Source of the DNA: Antedon mediterranea
Lineage: Eukaryota; Animalia; Echinodermata
DNA: 64,000 nucleotides
Direction of reading: 5' to 3'
NCBI RefSeq assembly: GCF_964355755.1
Contig: NC_092680.1
Span: 13,029,045 to 13,093,044, forward strand
The stretch's first letter is position 1. Each line of letters starts with the position of its first letter. The notes below the pieces were generated by a model, which saw nothing but the letters and a program-made list of their open reading frames with translations, made no database searches and was not told the DNA's origin. Made by a program: the position numbers and the translations under genes. This document shows, one piece after another, positions 40,101 through 46,868 of the stretch.

Positions 40101-43100
40101 AAGGGTGTAATACCATCAACAGACAAAGAAAAGGGTGTAATACCATCAACAGGCACAGAAGGGGGTATAATACCGTCCACAGACAAAGAAAGGGGTGTAA
40201 GACCATCCACAGACAAAGAAGGGGGTGTAGGACCATCCACAGACAAAGAAGGGGGTGTAGGACCATCCACAGACAAAGAAGCGGGTGTAAGACCATCCAC
40301 TGACAAAGAAAGGGTATAGGACCACTTACAGACAAAGAAGGGGGTATAAGACCATCCACAGACAAAGAAGGGGTTTTAGGACCATCCACAGACAAAGAAG
40401 GGGTGTAGGACCATCCACAGACAAAGAAGGAAGTGTAGGACCATCCACAGACAAAGAAGGGGTGGAAGACCATCTACATGCAAAGAAAGGGATGTAAGAC
40501 CATCCACACACAAAGAAAGGGGTGTAATACCATCAACACGCACAGAAGGGGGTGTAAGACCATCCACAGACAAAGAAGGGGGTATAAGACCATCCACAGA
40601 CAAAGAATGGGGTATAAGACCATCCACAGACAAAGAATGGGGTATAAGACCATACAGACAAAGAAGGAGGAGTAGGACCATATTAACCGATGAAGCATAC
40701 AAAAAGAAGATACAATCAAAATACCACTTGGAAAACAATAAATTGTAGAATAACTGAGGCTTGATTGTTGAAATATAAAGGGTTCTTTGTAAGGTCATTA
40801 ATAATATATTGATATAAACACGATCATCATACTTTTCATTTGACATTCAAATACAGTCTATCTCGAAAAGAAGTTCATACTATCACCTTTTCGAGGTTTT
40901 ACGGTATTCCATAACATGTATGTTATTTCCTCTGTCAAACTATTAAAACTTTTAGCGAATCAGAAGGTGCCAACATCATTGAACTAATGGTACCACCAAG
41001 CACAATGTTTACCAATTTTATGTACTATATACAATTTAAGTCCATTAATCATTTAATATAATTACGCCTATCAGGTCAAAGTTCAAAGACCAACAAAAAC
41101 CACATACAGTATATTCACCTAATTAAAAATCAATAAATAAATGTCAAAGGTCGTAAATTGTATTTCCGGTCATTTTATGTGAGAATGTTTCATTACTACA
41201 AATATAAATGTATTTATTCTGAACAAAATGACACCAAAATCGATTGAAAATTACCAGTAGTTACAGAGATATACAAATACGAGGTCAAAGGGCAAACTGA
41301 AAGAAACGTCATTTCCGGTCATTTTTGGACGAAAATTTTCATTAGAGCAAATAGAAAAATATAGTTTGTGAACAATTTGAGACCATAATTAAGTCTCTAA
41401 TGTGTATAGTTGCCAAGATATGAACATTTTTTGTTTTTATGGTGGCCATTTTGAAATCAAGATGGCCGCCATACCGGACGTTGGACGCTTGGCACCCCCC
41501 GATATTTTGAATCTAAATACATTAAAGAAACTTTGTGCCAAGTTTCATGCTTTGGTAATAAAATGCACAGCTCATGTCATTAACTGCTCTACTATAAGGC
41601 GGGCGATAGATGACAACGAATGTGGTGTGTAGGGTTGTGTCCACGAAATTCCATTCGGAAAATTCAAAAGACGATTTTGCGCCTGAATTAAGTTGATTGA
41701 CATTTAGACAATCCTTGAATATAATTCCTGTTCCTCCTCCGCGTCTGTCTATGCGATGTTTATCAAGGAATGTATAGCCACATGTGTTGAGGTTAACGAT
41801 TTATCTTGTCATTTGATGAGTAGGGCCTAAAAACATTTTTTTTTTCCGTTTTTTTTTTTCTACGGAAGTGATTAACTTTATTAATACTTAAAAATAAAGT
41901 ATTCCCCAAGTCTGATTTAATTTAAAAATATTGTTTAAAAAAGTTTACCAAGCTGCCTGCAAACTACATCAGCCTCTTCTATACCCCACCCAACGTCACA
42001 TACCGAATACCACGTTGAACCAACTTCAATTTCAACACGTCCCATGTAAGTTCTCGGCGATCCGATCAACTGAACATCACCATCTACAGAAACAAAGAGA
42101 AAGTATCAACATTCCAATTCTAACACTAATGTATCAGTAATGTAATATTTCGCAATAAACAAATCAATTAGATTGTGTACGGTCAGATACTATGTTAAAC
42201 TCTACCAATTAGATTGGGTACGGTCAGATACTATGTTAAACTCTACCAATTAGATTGGGTACGGTCAGATACTATGTTAAACTCTACCAATTAGATTGGG
42301 TACGGTCAGATACTATGTTAAACTCCACCAATTAGATTGGGTACGGTCAGATACTATGTTAAACTCTACCAATTAGATTGGGTACGGTCAGATACTATGT
42401 TAAACTCTACCAATTAGATTGGGTACGGTCAGATACTATGTTAAACTCTACCAATTAGATTGGGTACGGTCAGATACTATGTTAAACTCTACCAATTAGA
42501 TTGGGTACGGTCAGATACTATGTTAAACAAATCAATTAGATTGGGTACGGTCAGATACTATGTTAAACAAATCAATTAGATTGGGTACGGTCAGATACTA
42601 TGTTAAACAAATCAATTAGATTGGGTACGGTCAGATACTATGTTAAACTCTACCAATTAGATTGGGTACGGTCAGATACTATGTTAAACTCTACCAAAAC
42701 ACGCTTGAGCTGGCAGGAAATGCATATTCCATTGAACAAATATACGCATTTGTAAACTTTTGAAGTTCAAGATTTTTGTTTGTGAAAAGTTGACTTCATT
42801 CAGTTCGGACCTATAAACAATGACATGCACGAAACCATCGCTCTAATGAATTCAGTCACGATAACTTATGAACTAATGGCTACAGAACTTTACAATAATG
42901 TCCATCTTATATTTTACTGAGTGCTTAAGTGAACTATATTAAAGAAAACGTGTGACAGCATGTTTTAAGAGGACACCCATGTTAAGAAATGAAAGATGTC
43001 GACATTTTTAAAACTATTCAGTATATAGTCTGTCAATCGGAAACTTTCACTGGGAAAGTGTCCTATGAGGAGAGATCATTGATTTGCCTACTTGATTCGA

Positions 43101-43900
43101 TATAGAAAGTATAATGTGTTATTAGTCATGAGTCAAAGGTAGGCCTATAGTATTCAGAATGACATGCTTGGTTAGGTTTAGGGTTTGACAATAATTTCAA
43201 TTCATTTTTGTAATGAATAGTTTATTTACTTGAACTATCTCTTCCGTCTTCCTTATTTCTCTATATTTTAAGTTAGGGCCTACCTACGTTTCATTTTATC
43301 TGAATCAGTGGGGTTTTATAGATAGGCCTAGTATAGGCGACTGTTGAGAAATGAGAAGAATTTACAAAACTCCTGATCTGATGATAAACTGATTTTCAAT
43401 TTGCTATAACACAGGTTTACATAATATTTGGCCTAAATAACTATTCTATAAATAGAAAAGTATCTACCCGTGGTTAATTCTATCTCCAAGCCATGTACAT
43501 TGTTTGAATGGAATTTGAAATTTATCTGCGGATATTGCCTACAAACTTTTTTACAAATAACAAGGCATTATGTTATTTGAGTTATAATTCACACAAAATA
43601 AATATTGCTCCTCCTTTAAATAATTATGATTTGGTTTTCGTTGTATTAGCCCCACAACCTTACCTTACCTTAAGGTAGCCCTACAATATTTAATTCGGGA
43701 AATAATCTAAGGCGGCGTTATATTTCTTATAAAAACAATACGTGTAAAATGTAATTCATTTATATTATACGATCTCTAAAAGCAGTTCGAGTCGATCGAC
43801 ACTGGAACGAATTATATCTTCAAAAAAATATATGATTACCTGCCGCTTCAGTAACACTAACAAACACTCCAATGATTAACCATAACAAACACATCATCAT
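19141..43900 (-). CDS. Type I membrane receptor SP-SRCR-WSC-CUB-mucin stalk-unknown domain-CCP-TM-acidic tail (~839 aa, 12 coding exons)
   Basis: Exons 43840-43900, 41949-42083, 34506-34688, 33821-34102, 33166-33495, 32525-32863, 30178-30657, 29290-29508, 28986-29018, 28395-28479, 19702-20056 and 19141-19158 are all GT-AG and phase-compatible. They sum to 2520 nt with a single terminal stop. Signal peptide MMMCLLWLIIGVFVSVTEAA. Confidence 0.85.
19702..20056 (-). CDS. Receptor exon 11: acidic cytoplasmic tail with NPxY
   Basis: In phase with the TM exon across the Gypsy-containing intron. D/E-rich, contains DNPLYQ. A donor at 19701 joins the final exon 19141-19158 (AGPDD*); read-through would stop at 19690. 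Confidence 0.82.
20254..20871 (+). repeat. 5' LTR of the Gypsy element
   Basis: TGTAATATAA...TTATATTACA inverted termini; AATAAA at 20792; direct repeat of 27284-27901. Confidence 0.97.
20871..21677 (+). CDS. gag: Gypsy Gag (capsid fragment + CCHC zinc knuckle)
   Basis: FKRSLQGQARLWI capsid motif, RS-rich linker and CYYCGKPGHIARHC. The ATG is formed by the LTR-terminal A plus the TG of the PBS. Confidence 0.9.
   Translation: MVEDPGIDPGTSHINNNVISIFKRSLQGQARLWIEGKQFDSLESLKTQFINRFSKNKSIYAHIREYDSITYTTGDNAEKHLTKIKQAADRIGYADQQIKNKFISTLPPKCRAAVAMSTPIDATIENIVNSTQNYLDLSVDDATREVSFNINKETDRPNSLESLQREINSLKLDMATTKRSLNDDTRRSRSPTRNYIPRRNRSPSPYKPRFQTPPTPRYRQPPPTCYYCGKPGHIARHCRQQNRSYGNYPPPYPYQQSNNYYPSHQQDF
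20872..20911 (+). promoter_or_regulatory. Extended primer-binding site complementary to the 3' half of tRNA-Ala
   Basis: The reverse complement ATGTGAG AGGTA CCGGG ATCAATG CCCGG GTCTTCC A CCA is anticodon-stem strand, variable loop, a perfect T-arm, acceptor strand with U70, A73 and CCA. Confidence 0.88.
21668..21711 (+). promoter_or_regulatory. Predicted -1 ribosomal frameshift signal (gag-pol)
   Basis: G GAT TTT slippery heptamer directly before the gag TAA, a 6-nt spacer, then the stem GGGGACTAGA...TCTGGCCCC. The pol frame is -1 and open from 21668. Confidence 0.78.
21668..26389 (+). CDS. pol: Gypsy Pol polyprotein (protease, RT, RNase H, integrase)
   Basis: LFDSGS protease; RT IDLKSAF...QGL...AHHDD; RNase H YSDTS/ELE/VDH/LADFLSR; integrase HH-CC, LSLDF/ISDA/VERH; GPL motif. 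Uninterrupted for more than 1540 codons. Confidence 0.95.
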   Translation, partial: GFLKRGLDAAYNLAPHTKYDNFKAKYLGNSDNIDLLLNDRNYVKGNLPDGRNVLTLFDSGSTRTIISQSYVNSSLYLSRLKPVKVNTTKFRLGNGDFLYANHLVQFELFIQGHKFKISALIVKNLTGIDLILGTETLSELDGTLNFKENTFRIRPKIFSFRPVHKIFLKPGDTKTVKLKGRVPAFVRNSDVVLHATTHISKLCPSDMLVKLHRGETNIDITNNTNRNVSLNTHQPIASLHLTNLVTVTNDLPIDRIKLTNDNANKYPHLERTDPLLTLTEEEIIRKQVDLKDSVLTHREKEDLYKTLQQNRNAFSLYGELSSCPNFKADIHLSNDEPFFIRPYFATDKDKHVIEAELNKLVKLGILAVGHQSYTSPVLLVSKKNSKDKRVVTDFRYLNSRIKRINHPFPLLAETLKTIGNANAQILSVIDLKSAFHCVPLAEHAQQYTGIASYHGGKHYYYKRLAQGLNVSPGIFQAKIDEILNEIPNSREFCIAHHDDIILFSQDKFAHKQHLVSVLQALQLNGFRICPKKCKLFKNKVQYLGHTILINSSGHACITPLGDRCAAIRNLPVPRTHKETKRFIGAVNYVSHFFPQIQSILRPLHTLASKRRKFCWSTEHQKAFDEIKQLMVKPPTLQMPRKEGRFTLYSDTSRTATGSYLTQTVNGKEHIIGYYSKILPQACQRYSVTELELFGLYINVSAFRHLLKGCEFDAFVDHSAIVQIWNSKDQPCTPRLQKLILRLSGYIFQIGYKKGTELVLADFLSRAPRDDDSEIDQVVPIAFNITETESLNPITNTSTSRPVTRSYAKKMGINIPDLHKPKPVQTPVINQNPVTTNTRPTPQPTATPQIITRQQTNAHRSPPIITPPIVTPPPIRNVNIRQPPEERLVDKNKQSKDTTHRNVPVELYTSPKPLVPNITEFKSAHIPKQQDLDRLMDVIQRKIIRDYNLPVDVKQLRVEQETSPFFKPVYDYLAHDILPADKKAARAVQNKSEQYILCNGLLFRLFFQDKGGEFVLQLAVPENLAETVISQYHDNLLSSHQKVRCVLTYLTIRKLFYMPLMFEKVNNYTQACLRCQQFCPKTDKLRPLHDRVPATYRPFHTLSLDFKSMPTSPSGFKHIMVVCDEITRFLICVPLKSIDAETICEALIQKVISIFGPPSRLISDAATSLTGKLLTLLCNTLNIDRKIISVHNHGSFQVERHIRTVSDLLKVNLNQFGTDWVRFVSTTCYAYNSFSSPHLGNHSPYELVFGRQPPSLTSLAFNPISGLSHSYEEYFEHLKKKFQNISQTMLQLQRTQQNVQNSKISQRLQKSPIYSVGQLVYLYKTTSSSLTANSKKIAAEWVGPLVIHEVLDRTHYILATIKGEILRDVFNYNRLKPCFMRTPKERKNFTHLQKLKQLLNEPTDDNNEKIQNTINVVNDEINVEFVDEHDRTPAQLQSDTLTNPTKIEPLNLQPYIDCVENNMGLAAPFQMKEEQIKEQTNLIMTAPNDSIMTLNRGRFKAGHFQVLVSYSKPTSAKRNTDKTKHESNDRKFWWNIDRYNDTDKLIKEIINDKQIPISGSPKRFIKRLYNATSY
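27284..27901 (+). repeat. 3' LTR of the Gypsy element
   Basis: Direct repeat of 20254-20871, preceded by a polypurine tract. Confidence 0.97.
28395..28479 (-). CDS. Receptor exon 10: transmembrane helix
   Basis: FTTIVACLGFCLIIVYFAIMCSKPDRLS; preceded in phase by the micro-exon 28986-29018 (EESHNTTYIVI). Confidence 0.85.
29290..29508 (-). CDS. Receptor exon 8: CCP/Sushi domain with an acidic insertion
   Basis: CTLPDNPKGG...LVCYDGF...VTCVDG...YC (four-Cys Sushi spacing), with DESDEDDDDNNDDHD inserted. Confidence 0.8.
30178..30657 (-). CDS. Receptor exon 7: unassigned ~160-aa globular domain
   Basis: Open, phase-1 symmetric exon EPECPVLFGS...KPFECDTVITDISLYA...GNWVAFAF...REYPFKLTMR. The family was not recognised. 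Confidence 0.8.
31066..32344. mobile_element. Non-autonomous Academ-like element with ~400-bp TIRs
   Basis: TAGTCCAGATCCCTATGTC... / ...GACATAGGGATCTGGACTA; arms 31066-~31475 and ~31921-32344; 3-bp TSD CTA. TAG...CTA ends are typical of Academ. Confidence 0.8.
32525..32863 (-). CDS. Receptor exon 6: Thr-rich mucin-like stalk
   Basis: Phase-1 symmetric exon containing 21-nt repeats (QGVVTTA / QDVVTTA) and many Thr residues. Confidence 0.85.
33166..33495 (-). CDS. Receptor exon 5: CUB domain (cysteine-free variant)
   Basis: FIYSPNFFGKYEANLDVTWTL...DLLTVSDG...VTIRFTTDKDSIGNFGFILEY. Confidence 0.88.
33821..34102 (-). CDS. Receptor exon 4: WSC domain
   Basis: YLGCY...ECLDVC...YAALG...RCFC...CNTAC...ACGG...FSIY pattern. 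Confidence 0.9.
34506..34688 (-). CDS. Receptor exon 3: SRCR domain, C-half
   Basis: FQDGAMFSSVTSPNFGQGTGNMLWSNYTCSGSEGNFQSC...ECTQTDIVSIIC (FG.G.G, C.G.E motifs). Confidence 0.9.
34842..35036. mobile_element. Left part of a ~330-bp TTAA-flanked MITE family (Kolobok/Crypton-like), split by the LINE
   Basis: TTAAAGATGTATTGTCCC end. Related copies at ~44230-44360, ~51123-51462 and ~53904-54227 (GGGACAATACATCTTTAA). The remainder resumes at ~41796-41925. Confidence 0.6.
37613..41594. mobile_element. Non-autonomous Academ-like element (~4 kb, long TIRs) carrying a minisatellite
   Basis: TAGTAGAGCAGTTAA / TTAACTGCTCTACTA ends, ~430-bp imperfect TIR arms, TSD TAA. It inserts within the LINE VIYRPPY|STVRP codons. 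Confidence 0.88.
38860..40680. repeat. 30-bp minisatellite, ~60 copies
   Basis: Unit GACCATCCACAGACAAAGAAGGGGGTGTAA with point variants and 29-bp indel variants. Confidence 0.97.
41949..42083 (-). CDS. Receptor exon 2: SRCR domain, N-half
   Basis: DGDVQLIGSPRTYMGRVEIEVGSTWYSVCDVGWGIEEADVVCRQLG matches the SRCR consensus GRVEV..W..VC...W....A.VVCRQLG. Confidence 0.92.
42165..42697. repeat. 41-bp tandem repeat, ~13 copies
   Basis: CAATTAGATTGGGTACGGTCAGATACTATGTTAAACTCTAC head-to-tail with no spacers. Confidence 0.97.
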
Positions 43901-44359
43901 GTTCAATTGTAGACCTGGTAGAAATCAATTAAAAGTATCATGTGCAGGCTTTTGTAACCCTTGTCCAGCTCTTTTTAACCCACAACTTACAGTACACCTA
44001 GTAGGTCTACTTAACATTGGATTATAGTTCAATAGCCCATCTATACCGTTAAGTTGTACTGAGGCGTGGCTATTGTACAAACCTGTCCAACCGATTTCTT
44101 CTAATATTTTACATCACAAAGCATCGTTTGTGTTTTGACGCATCGTTGACGTTGCAGATCATACTATGGTTCAATCCTGTACCGGTTTGTGTTAGATATT
44201 TTACTACTGTAATACTTATATTAGAAATATTAAAGATGTATTGCCCCCCCAAAAACATGAAAAATTAAGATTAATTAAATCAGACTTTGAATATGTGATT
44301 TTGTAGTTTTAATAAAGTTAATCACTTCAGTAGAAAAAAAACCAACAAAAAATAATGTT

Positions 44360-44466
44360 TTTAGTCGCGTGGACGCGACTCTATAGTTCACTATGTCGGT
44401 CGGTCTGTCTGTCGGACCGGTATCACTATGCGTTTTAGCACGCGACTTATGGCTGTTGGCCTTGTT
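44360..44466 (+). mobile_element. Miniature DINE-1/Helentron-like (HINE) element
   Basis: TTTTAGTCGCGTGGACGCGACT hairpin start, GTCG/GTCT microsatellite core, subterminal ACGCGACT, GGCCTTGTT end, T-rich target. Confidence 0.65.
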
Positions 44467-44734
44467 ACTTATAAAATGACAAAATAAGCTGATCTAGAAG
44501 CACGGTCCCGTGTTGAACCTTATAATAAAATAAATTCGTTAATTTGAATAGGACGGTCATGGTAAATTAACGATACGCGCTAATCATTACAATAAATTTA
44601 TAAACTTCTCAAATACCACTTTTATCTGTTTTCTATTTCATACGTATCCAAACCCGAGTAACTCGCCAATTACAGGATGGATAATTATTAATTTATAATT
44701 TATTATGCTTATAAACTAAGTCTCATTTGAGGCT

Positions 44735-44850
44735 TAGGCAGTGGAGTTGAAAGAGGCGTGGGTGCACTAGGTCAGGATTGAACCCCGGACCTTGGGATTG
44801 GAAGGCACGCACGATAACCAGCAAGCTTGTCCTTTACCATGTTTGACTGC
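44735..44850 (-). mobile_element. Degenerate tRNA-derived SINE fragment
   Basis: On the minus strand, TGGTTATCGTGCGTGCCTTCCAATCCCAAGGTCCGGGGTTCAATCCTGA is tRNA-like with a B box. A 21-bp triple repeat lies next to it at 44869-44933. Confidence 0.5.
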
Positions 44851-45570
44851 GCCCGTACCTTATAATATACAGCGCCCCGTACTCTATCTACAGCGCCCCG
44901 TACTCTATCTACAGCGCCCCGTACTCTATCTACAACCATGTAACATCATCATGTAGACAATTTATATAAAAAAATCTCAGTCCCTTTTTTCCATTGTTTT
45001 AACGATAATCTATAAATCTGTATGTTGACAAACAAAAAATTAAAAACGTTAATCAAATGCTACTACAATTTTTATTTACAATGTACAATTCCTTTTACAA
45101 AGAACTCATAAAAGGTGAGATATAGGTATAATAAACATCAATATTTCTTGATTCTACAACCCAACTTAAGGAAATATTTAACACTGATACACTGACATTA
45201 CAGTACTATACTATTCAAAATCATATTCAACGTAATTTGGGTTAACATTTGCTCGTACACTTTTTATTGTACCTGTGCATGAAAACATACTTCAGATATT
45301 TGAAGATTTGAAAACTTACAAAATGTATATCTTCTCAGAAATATTAAAAATTTAAATTTAAGCAAAAAAGAAGAGAACTCTAAATTAAAATATTAGTGTA
45401 TTTACATTGGTGAACTTTTGCTATAATATTTAATCTCTATTCATTGTCATGATTTGTTGGTCACTTTGTCTGGTCAACTCTGTTGGACACTGTGTTGGTC
45501 ACTTTGATGGTCACCTTTTCTTGTAGCTTTTATTTGAAGATCATGACACTTATAATATTCCCAGTCTGCA

Positions 45571-46488
45571 TTATCCTCGAAATGATTTCAGAGTTTGCTA
45601 AAAAAAATATAACAAAGTTAATTTACTTCTACCACATAGACTTCTTAACTACTAGTACTAAATGCCTGTTAGTCAGTCAAGCCTATAGTCACACAATACA
45701 TTATACAAAATCAATGGTGATACTACTGACAGAAACAGCTGGATGACCAGTTTACCCAAATTAAACTAGATAAAAGAAAGATAGTTTCTATTGGAAACAA
45801 GATGGTTAAAATAAAACTGTGGAGGACGATGTTCAAGTAATTTAATATTTGCACCTGTACAACTGCGTTGATGTGGTGTGATGTGATGAATCGATCTTTT
45901 ATGGCAACCGCCTCTGTATTCGCATCCTTTGCTAGTCTTTTCAGGAATAACATATAATTCAAAAATATCTAAAAATAAAGCAGAAAACAAGAGAATGAGA
46001 TTTGAACCATAGCACTCACTTGTGCCTGGCTGAGCCTTTCATCTGACCCGGTGGTGTGGTAATAATATCAATAGGCATAAGCCTACCTACTCTAGTTTAG
46101 GGCCAGGCCTACTTAACTAACTACTGGCACTGCTACTACCTAGGCCTACTATTTACTAGGCACGGCCTAGGCAGGCGGGTAGAGGAGGTAAGCCTAGCCA
46201 CTGTACTAAGTAGGCTAAACATAAACACACAAATAGGCCTAGCTATGCTTATTTTTAGTACTAGGCATAGTTCAGTACTAGGCCTAGGCTAGCTAGGCCT
46301 AGGCCTAGACTAGAGAGGAAATGTAAAAAAGAGAGAAACCATGTCACACACATGTGTAAATGGATGGAGAAACATCAAAACAAAATGCTAAAACTAACCA
46401 GTAATTCTGTGCTTTTACCAATTCGCAATTTGCTATCATATTTTTTAACAACTTTCTTTATACGTGTACGGGGACAGAATCGCTTCAT
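45571..46488 (-). CDS. CENPW: Centromere protein W (histone-fold), 76 aa, 3 exons
   Basis: Exons 46399-46488, 45855-45968 and 45571-45597 give MKRFCPRTRIKKVVKKYDSKLRIGKSTELL/IFLNYMLFLKRLAKDANTEAVAIKDRFITSHHINAVVQ/QTLKSFRG*. This matches the CENP-W pattern (PR..K..K...LR....LL..LN..LF..RLA...I...H......LK..RG). Confidence 0.9.
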
Positions 46489-46868
46489 GTTGTAAAATAA
46501 ATTAATTAGGCCCAGGTGTTTTCTTCTTTGCTAGCCTAGGCTAGATGCTCCTTCCAGCAGGCCAACAACAGTTCGTTTTCAAATTAACCGGGGTTCCGTA
46601 CCGTACTGGTCGCTGGCACCGCGCGCGAAATGAAGTAGTCACAAACAGAATCCTAAGGCTACGTACAGCCTAATAATTTTCGTTCAACATAATATTTTAA
46701 TTACAATAAAAAATAAACTATAAAATAATATATTTTACTCGCATTATATTATCTATTTGTAATACTTCTTTTATAAATATTATTCATTTTATGTTTGTTT
46801 TGTTAAAAACTAATTATTGAAGAGGGTCAATGTGTGTTCACTGAACCGTGAAATAAAAACAAAAGGGT
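46489..46868. promoter_or_regulatory. Bidirectional promoter region between CENPW and DSCC1
   Basis: 380 bp between divergent ATGs. E2F-like GCGCGCGAAA at 46621-46630 and CHR-like TTTGAA (minus strand) at ~46578-46583. Confidence 0.65.

Larger units (their letters stand above)
35037..41785 (-). mobile_element. 5'-truncated, frameshifted L2/CR1-group LINE (APE + RT), interrupted by a 4-kb DNA transposon
   Basis: RT motifs NYRPVSNL, DLSAAFDTV, VPQGS and YADD; C-terminal LHWLP. The APE motifs RGGG, VIYRPP, GDFN and SDH are split at 37613/41594. (TAA)n tail. Imperfect TSD GTTGAAGTTA / GTTGAGGTTA. Confidence 0.92.

Noticed and set aside
38897-40846. Long ORFs (up to 496 aa) over the 30-bp repeat
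   Set aside because: Artefacts of a stop-poor minisatellite open in several frames on both strands, inside a transposon within an intron.
42165-42697. 41-bp repeats as a CRISPR array
   Set aside because: Units are head-to-tail with no unique spacers, there are no cas genes, and the context is a eukaryotic intron.
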